Shown piece by piece: positions 54,312 through 58,510 of a stretch of DNA of 58,510 nucleotides. The notes below the pieces were generated by a model that worked only from the letters and a program-made list of their open reading frames with translations, made no database searches and was not told the origin of the DNA. This DNA comes from a virus (Duplodnaviria; Caudoviricetes). The position numbers and the translations under genes are program-made. The first letter of the stretch is position 1. The number at the start of each line of letters is the position of its first letter. The stretch covers positions 1 to 58,510 of the IMG/VR virus record IMGVR_UViG_3300032087_002691. One strand, given 5' to 3'.

Positions 54312-56756
54312 ATGATTTCAGGCAAAAAAAATTACGGTAAGTTCCCAGAACCTTTTGCCTCCCCAGAAGAGAAGGCTTCTAAGGAGTACGGAACTAGATA
54401 CGCCAAGGCTATTGAGAGTCAGTGGGGTAGTATGGATGACGTTAGCTCCGTTGCTGGTGGGCGTCTGAGAGATTTCGAAAAGAACAGAGATTACGCTAAC
54501 GGAACTCAAGACACGGCAATATACAAGCAGATTCTCAACTCCCTTGACCCGAACAATGGTGATGGCACACTCCTCAATCTAGACTGGAGCCCAGTACCTA
54601 TTGTACCTAAGTTCGTTAAGGTCGTAGTAAACAAGGTTCTGTCGCGAAAGCCATATCCTTCTGTTGAGGCAACCGACCCTGTATCTAAGGGGGAGAAGGA
54701 TGAGAAGAAGGCTTTGATTGAGTCCTCTATCGAAAACAAGGAGTTGCTCACGGAGGCTAGGACGATGGGGCTTCAGACGGAGATTGACCCATCACAGCTA
54801 CCCGACTCTACCGAGGAGGCTGAAATCTTTATGGACCAGAACGTCAAGACCAATGCGGAGATAGCCGCTCAGATTGGTACTTCACTAACCCTGGACTGGA
54901 ACGACTTTGACGACTCTGTATACAGACGGTGTGTTGAGGACCTGGTGGTATGCGGTATGGGTGTGGCTAAAAGAACCAACGACCCCAATTACGGAATTAA
55001 GGTAGACTATGTAGACCCTGCTAAGTTTGTTCATAGCTACACGGAGGACCCGAATATGGGTGACCTCGTATATGCTGGTCACGTAAAGCACATCAGCATA
55101 GCTGAACTCAAGAGGGTTGCGGGCGATGAGTTCACAGAGAAGGAATACGAGGAGATTGCTGAGAAGGCTAAAGCAAAGTCATTTAACGACAACTCTAAGT
55201 TTACTTCTAAGAGCTTTGATAAGGTATCTGGTTCTCTTAGGTACGGATATGACGACTACCTCGTAGAGGTGTTGGACTTTGAGTTCGTCACAGTAGACTG
55301 CGTGTACTATGAGAGCAAGGAGTCTCGGTTCGGTAACGTTGGCTTTTACTACAAGGGTTCTAGCTATAAGCCAGCTGCGGAGTCGGTGTACGACAGGAAG
55401 CCTTACAAGATGGAGGTTGAGGTCATTTACGGTGGCAGCTACCTGCTCGGCGCAAATAAGCTGTTTAACTACGGGGTCAAGAAGAACGTACCAAAGAACG
55501 TTCACGACCTCACTAAAGCCCGCCTGTCTTACAGCGTAGCATGCACCAACATTAGACGCATGAGACCTAAGTCTATGGTAGGCTCTATCATCGGCTTTGC
55601 GGACCAGCTCCAGCTCACTCACCTTAAGATTCAGCAGGCTATCGCTAAGGCTAAGCCTGACGGTGTCATCGTAGACATCGAAGGGTTGGAGAACGTACAG
55701 CTCGGACGTGGTGGAGAGTTGCAGCCACTACAGATTCAAGACATCTACGAACAGACGGGTGTCTTCTACTACAGAAGTAGGAACCCAGATGGCGGTGGAC
55801 AGCAGCCACCAATCAGACCTATCGATAATACGATAAGAAACATCCAGCAGTATGTGATGCTTTACAATCACTACCTGACTATGATTCGTGACGCCAGCGG
55901 TGTCAACGAGGTTATGGATGCTACGACGCCTAAGGGCGACGCTCTTGTCGGCGTTAGAGAGCAGGCTATGGCTGCGGGTAACAACGCCCTATACGATATC
56001 ACGAATGCATCTATGATTATCTACAAGAAGGTATGTCAGGATGTGGTTAAGTGTCTTCAGATTATACCAACCGACTCGGTCTTGTACGCAGTGTACGAGA
56101 AGGCTATCGGTAAGTACAATATGAATACGCTCTCTTCGTTTGCCGAGCTGCCTATGTACAACTTTGGTGTGCGTGTTGTCAAGGAGATGAGCGAAGATGA
56201 TAGAATGTTCTTGGAGCAAAACATCCAGCAGTCGCTTGCTCAGAGAGAGATTGACCTGGAGGATGCTCTTGCTGTCCGTCAGATAAAGGATATCGACCAG
56301 GCTCAACGCCTCCTCGTCGTCCGACGCAAGCGCCGTATGGCTAAGATGCAAGAGATGCAGCAGCAAAACATGCAGATGCAGCAGCAGATGAATCAGCAGA
56401 ATCAGCAGCTGGCTATGCAGGCTCGCGCACAACAGCTTCAGATGGAGGGTCAGATTGAGGCGCAGAAGATTCAGCTCAAGGGTCAGACTGAGATACAGGT
56501 GGCTCAAGCGCTCCACTCACTTAGAAAAGAAATCGAGATGATTAGAGCCGAGGCTTCTCTAGGCTTTAAGTCTACCGAGCAGGAGTTCAGAGAGAAGATT
56601 GATGTCCTTAAGGAGGACAGAAAAGACGCCCGTGTAGAAAAGCAAGCTGTAGCTCAGTCTAAGCTTATTGCTCAAAGACAGGGTGAGCGCCCAGTCATGG
56701 ATGAAGCAACCGAATCAGTAGACGACATCGTCAATCAAATCTTAAACAATGCCTAA
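54312..56756 (+). CDS. Portal protein
   Basis: 814 aa after TerL, with LNLDW.PVPIVPKFV, YVDPA..V.SY and a Gln-rich C-terminal barrel coil. Confidence 0.9.
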   Translation: MISGKKNYGKFPEPFASPEEKASKEYGTRYAKAIESQWGSMDDVSSVAGGRLRDFEKNRDYANGTQDTAIYKQILNSLDPNNGDGTLLNLDWSPVPIVPKFVKVVVNKVLSRKPYPSVEATDPVSKGEKDEKKALIESSIENKELLTEARTMGLQTEIDPSQLPDSTEEAEIFMDQNVKTNAEIAAQIGTSLTLDWNDFDDSVYRRCVEDLVVCGMGVAKRTNDPNYGIKVDYVDPAKFVHSYTEDPNMGDLVYAGHVKHISIAELKRVAGDEFTEKEYEEIAEKAKAKSFNDNSKFTSKSFDKVSGSLRYGYDDYLVEVLDFEFVTVDCVYYESKESRFGNVGFYYKGSSYKPAAESVYDRKPYKMEVEVIYGGSYLLGANKLFNYGVKKNVPKNVHDLTKARLSYSVACTNIRRMRPKSMVGSIIGFADQLQLTHLKIQQAIAKAKPDGVIVDIEGLENVQLGRGGELQPLQIQDIYEQTGVFYYRSRNPDGGGQQPPIRPIDNTIRNIQQYVMLYNHYLTMIRDASGVNEVMDATTPKGDALVGVREQAMAAGNNALYDITNASMIIYKKVCQDVVKCLQIIPTDSVLYAVYEKAIGKYNMNTLSSFAELPMYNFGVRVVKEMSEDDRMFLEQNIQQSLAQREIDLEDALAVRQIKDIDQAQRLLVVRRKRRMAKMQEMQQQNMQMQQQMNQQNQQLAMQARAQQLQMEGQIEAQKIQLKGQTEIQVAQALHSLRKEIEMIRAEASLGFKSTEQEFREKIDVLKEDRKDARVEKQAVAQSKLIAQRQGERPVMDEATESVDDIVNQILNNA

Positions 56757-57165
56757 TTCGCTAAACCTAGACGTATCTAAAAGAGTAGATATCACCTGCA
56801 GAAGGGGGGACACTCTTACTATTGATTTGGATATTACTGACTCTAACGGCGACGCCATGAATCTTACAGGTTATACGTTCAAGATGGAGGTCAGAAAATC
56901 TGATACAGATGATGGCACCACTATCTCAGATGCTAGTATTATTCTGTCTACCGAAGACACAGGCAATAGCAATAATAAGCAGATTACAGTGTCTACACCA
57001 GACGCCAGTGGAAACTTGACGTTCTCATCAGTAGCCGCAAACATGAAAGCTGCAGCGGCTGGAATCTACGTTTATGATATAGAGTCCGACAACGGCAGTG
57101 ATACAGTTCAAACATGGCTTCACGGTCTGTTTACCATCAATGAAGATGTAACTGTTTACGCATGA
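56749..57165 (+). CDS. Fibre-attachment (BppU-N-like) structural protein
   Basis: DI..RRGDT...NLTGYTFKMEVR...G.YVYDIE...TWL.G.F.I. Confidence 0.7.
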   Translation: MPNSLNLDVSKRVDITCRRGDTLTIDLDITDSNGDAMNLTGYTFKMEVRKSDTDDGTTISDASIILSTEDTGNSNNKQITVSTPDASGNLTFSSVAANMKAAAAGIYVYDIESDNGSDTVQTWLHGLFTINEDVTVYA

Positions 57166-58510
57166 CCATTGAGTTTAACCTTGAGTCACCTAAAAGCATT
57201 TCTGTCCAAGCGCCTAGTGATGTGACGACAGTAGTTGCTCAGCAGCCTACACAGACGGTTACTGTTAGTGGGTTGGTTGCTGGTACCGCTGGTCCTGCGG
57301 GAGCTGATGGTGCTGACGGAGCTGATGGTCAGGGCGTACCAACAGGAGGCGTGGAGGGTCAAACTCTGTTTAAGTCGTCAGCTACAGATTACGACACGGC
57401 ATGGGATTACGTGGAGTCGACGTATCTTCAGGTAGAAAACGCAGAAACCACGGCTATCGCAGCAGGCACCGTTGTGTACGCCTTTGGTGTGAGTGGGGCT
57501 AATATCACGGTCAAAAAAGCTGACGCAAGCTCTTCAAGTACAATGCCTGCAATCGGAGTGGTCCTAGAGGAGATTGCCTCTGGGTCTAGCGGTGAGATTA
57601 TCACCAGCGGATTGTTCAATAAAACCATTAGTGGACTCTCAGGTATTAGCGTTGGGGACACGGTGTATGTGTCAGAAACGGCTGGTTCGGTGACAACAAC
57701 AAAGCCGACAGGCACAGCCCTCATTCAGAATATTGGTGTTGTACTTAAGACGAATGGCGACAACATCCAAAAGATGAAGGTGTCTGCGATTGACAGGGTG
57801 AATGACATCCCTAACATTCCAAACGGTCAAGCCTGGATAGGTAACGCTTCAGGCGTACCCACACCTACTACGTTGGCTACAGTCGCAACAACGGGGGCGT
57901 ATTCAGACATCTCTGGTACGCCATCACTAGCCACAGTGGCAACTACGGGAGCCTACTCTGATTTGAGCGGCACACCATCACTCGCTGATGTTGTTGTAGA
58001 CGGTGATTTCGCTTCTCAGGGTATTATGCTTAGAGGTGCGTCATCAGGAACTTACAGTATTCTTACAGACAACAGCACGAACTGGAATACAGCCCATAGC
58101 TGGGGAAATCACGCTTCTGCTGGGTATGTAGACACAACTGGAACTCCAGTAAATAATCAACTTGCTGTATTTACCGATGCAGACACCATCGAGGGAGATT
58201 CTAACCTTACGTGGACTGGCTCTGTTTTTGCAGTTGGCGGCTATTTGGCTGCAGATTCAATTTCCGTTGGTGGCGCTGACACAGCTTCTGCTGGAAATTA
58301 TGGTTATGGGTCTAAAATTTTAGATAGGATTGGTTCAAACACTACTGGTCTTACGGCTGGAGACGTTTATTATTTAGGCAGTTCTTCATGGTTGCCAGCC
58401 GATGCTGACTCAGTATCTACATCCTCTGGACTTCTCGCAGTCGCAGTCGGTACGACCAGCGCTTCTATGCTTTCTAGCGGGATTGTTAAGGTTGCAGATA
58501 ATACTGGGTT
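57162..58510 (+). CDS. Tail fibre protein, allele B (3'-truncated at the window end)
   Basis: ATG 57162 (ATGA-coupled), open to the window end: MTIEFNLESPKSISVQAPSDVTTVVAQQP...NWNTAHSWGNHASAGY...VKVADNTG. Missed by the ORF track because it has no stop. Confidence 0.92.
   Translation, partial: MTIEFNLESPKSISVQAPSDVTTVVAQQPTQTVTVSGLVAGTAGPAGADGADGADGQGVPTGGVEGQTLFKSSATDYDTAWDYVESTYLQVENAETTAIAAGTVVYAFGVSGANITVKKADASSSSTMPAIGVVLEEIASGSSGEIITSGLFNKTISGLSGISVGDTVYVSETAGSVTTTKPTGTALIQNIGVVLKTNGDNIQKMKVSAIDRVNDIPNIPNGQAWIGNASGVPTPTTLATVATTGAYSDISGTPSLATVATTGAYSDLSGTPSLADVVVDGDFASQGIMLRGASSGTYSILTDNSTNWNTAHSWGNHASAGYVDTTGTPVNNQLAVFTDADTIEGDSNLTWTGSVFAVGGYLAADSISVGGADTASAGNYGYGSKILDRIGSNTTGLTAGDVYYLGSSSWLPADADSVSTSSGLLAVAVGTTSASMLSSGIVKVADNTG
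57873..57980 (+). repeat. Tandem 54-nt coding repeat LATVATTGAYSD(I/L)SGTPS x2
   Basis: Two copies in allele B, one in allele A. Confidence 0.85.

Noticed and set aside
56330-56480. CAG-rich low-complexity repeat
   Set aside because: It encodes the ordinary Gln/Met-rich coiled coil of the portal C-terminus.
57212-58510. True direct terminal repeat of the virion DNA
   Set aside because: Only 61 nt are identical before the copies diverge inside a coding sequence. This fits an allelic bubble in a circular assembly.
1-58510. Stop-codon reassignment as in some crAss-like phages
   Set aside because: Standard-code ORFs tile the genome densely at full length, and no suppressor tRNA is present.

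Overview
This window is essentially a complete ~57.2-kb circularly permuted genome of a Bacteroidota-infecting podovirus with crAss-like/Cellulophaga-phage-type gene order. Host assignment rests on TAnnTTTG promoters and a T9SS type-B C-terminal domain. The plus strand carries packaging and virion genes (TerS, TerL, portal, tail fibre, major capsid, tail rings, nozzle, ejection proteins, a 3880-aa polyvalent protein) and a lysis module. The minus strand (30.4-43.2 kb) carries nucleases, a primase-helicase, RecE/ERF/SSB, a tRNA cluster and an array of small early genes including ArdC. I recognise no DNA polymerase, RNA polymerase, integrase, reverse transcriptase or CRISPR array. Main observations: (1) the two ends of the window are alternative mosaic alleles of one tail-fibre gene sharing identical anchors; (2) a four-RNA cluster has one normal tRNA-Arg and three non-canonical tRNA-like RNAs, one with its UAU anticodon arm and D-loop apparently swapped in order; (3) a phage-encoded T9SS cargo protein; (4) two promoter classes, namely eight ECF-like CACAATA-N15/16-CGTT elements heading early gene cassettes and TAnnTT(T/A)G elements placed for leaderless mRNAs; (5) a polyvalent protein whose modules are separated by KAQ/KFQ linkers; (6) a 44-aa peptide resembling the ribonucleotide-reductase redox tail. 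All family calls come from motif recognition by eye, not from database searches.
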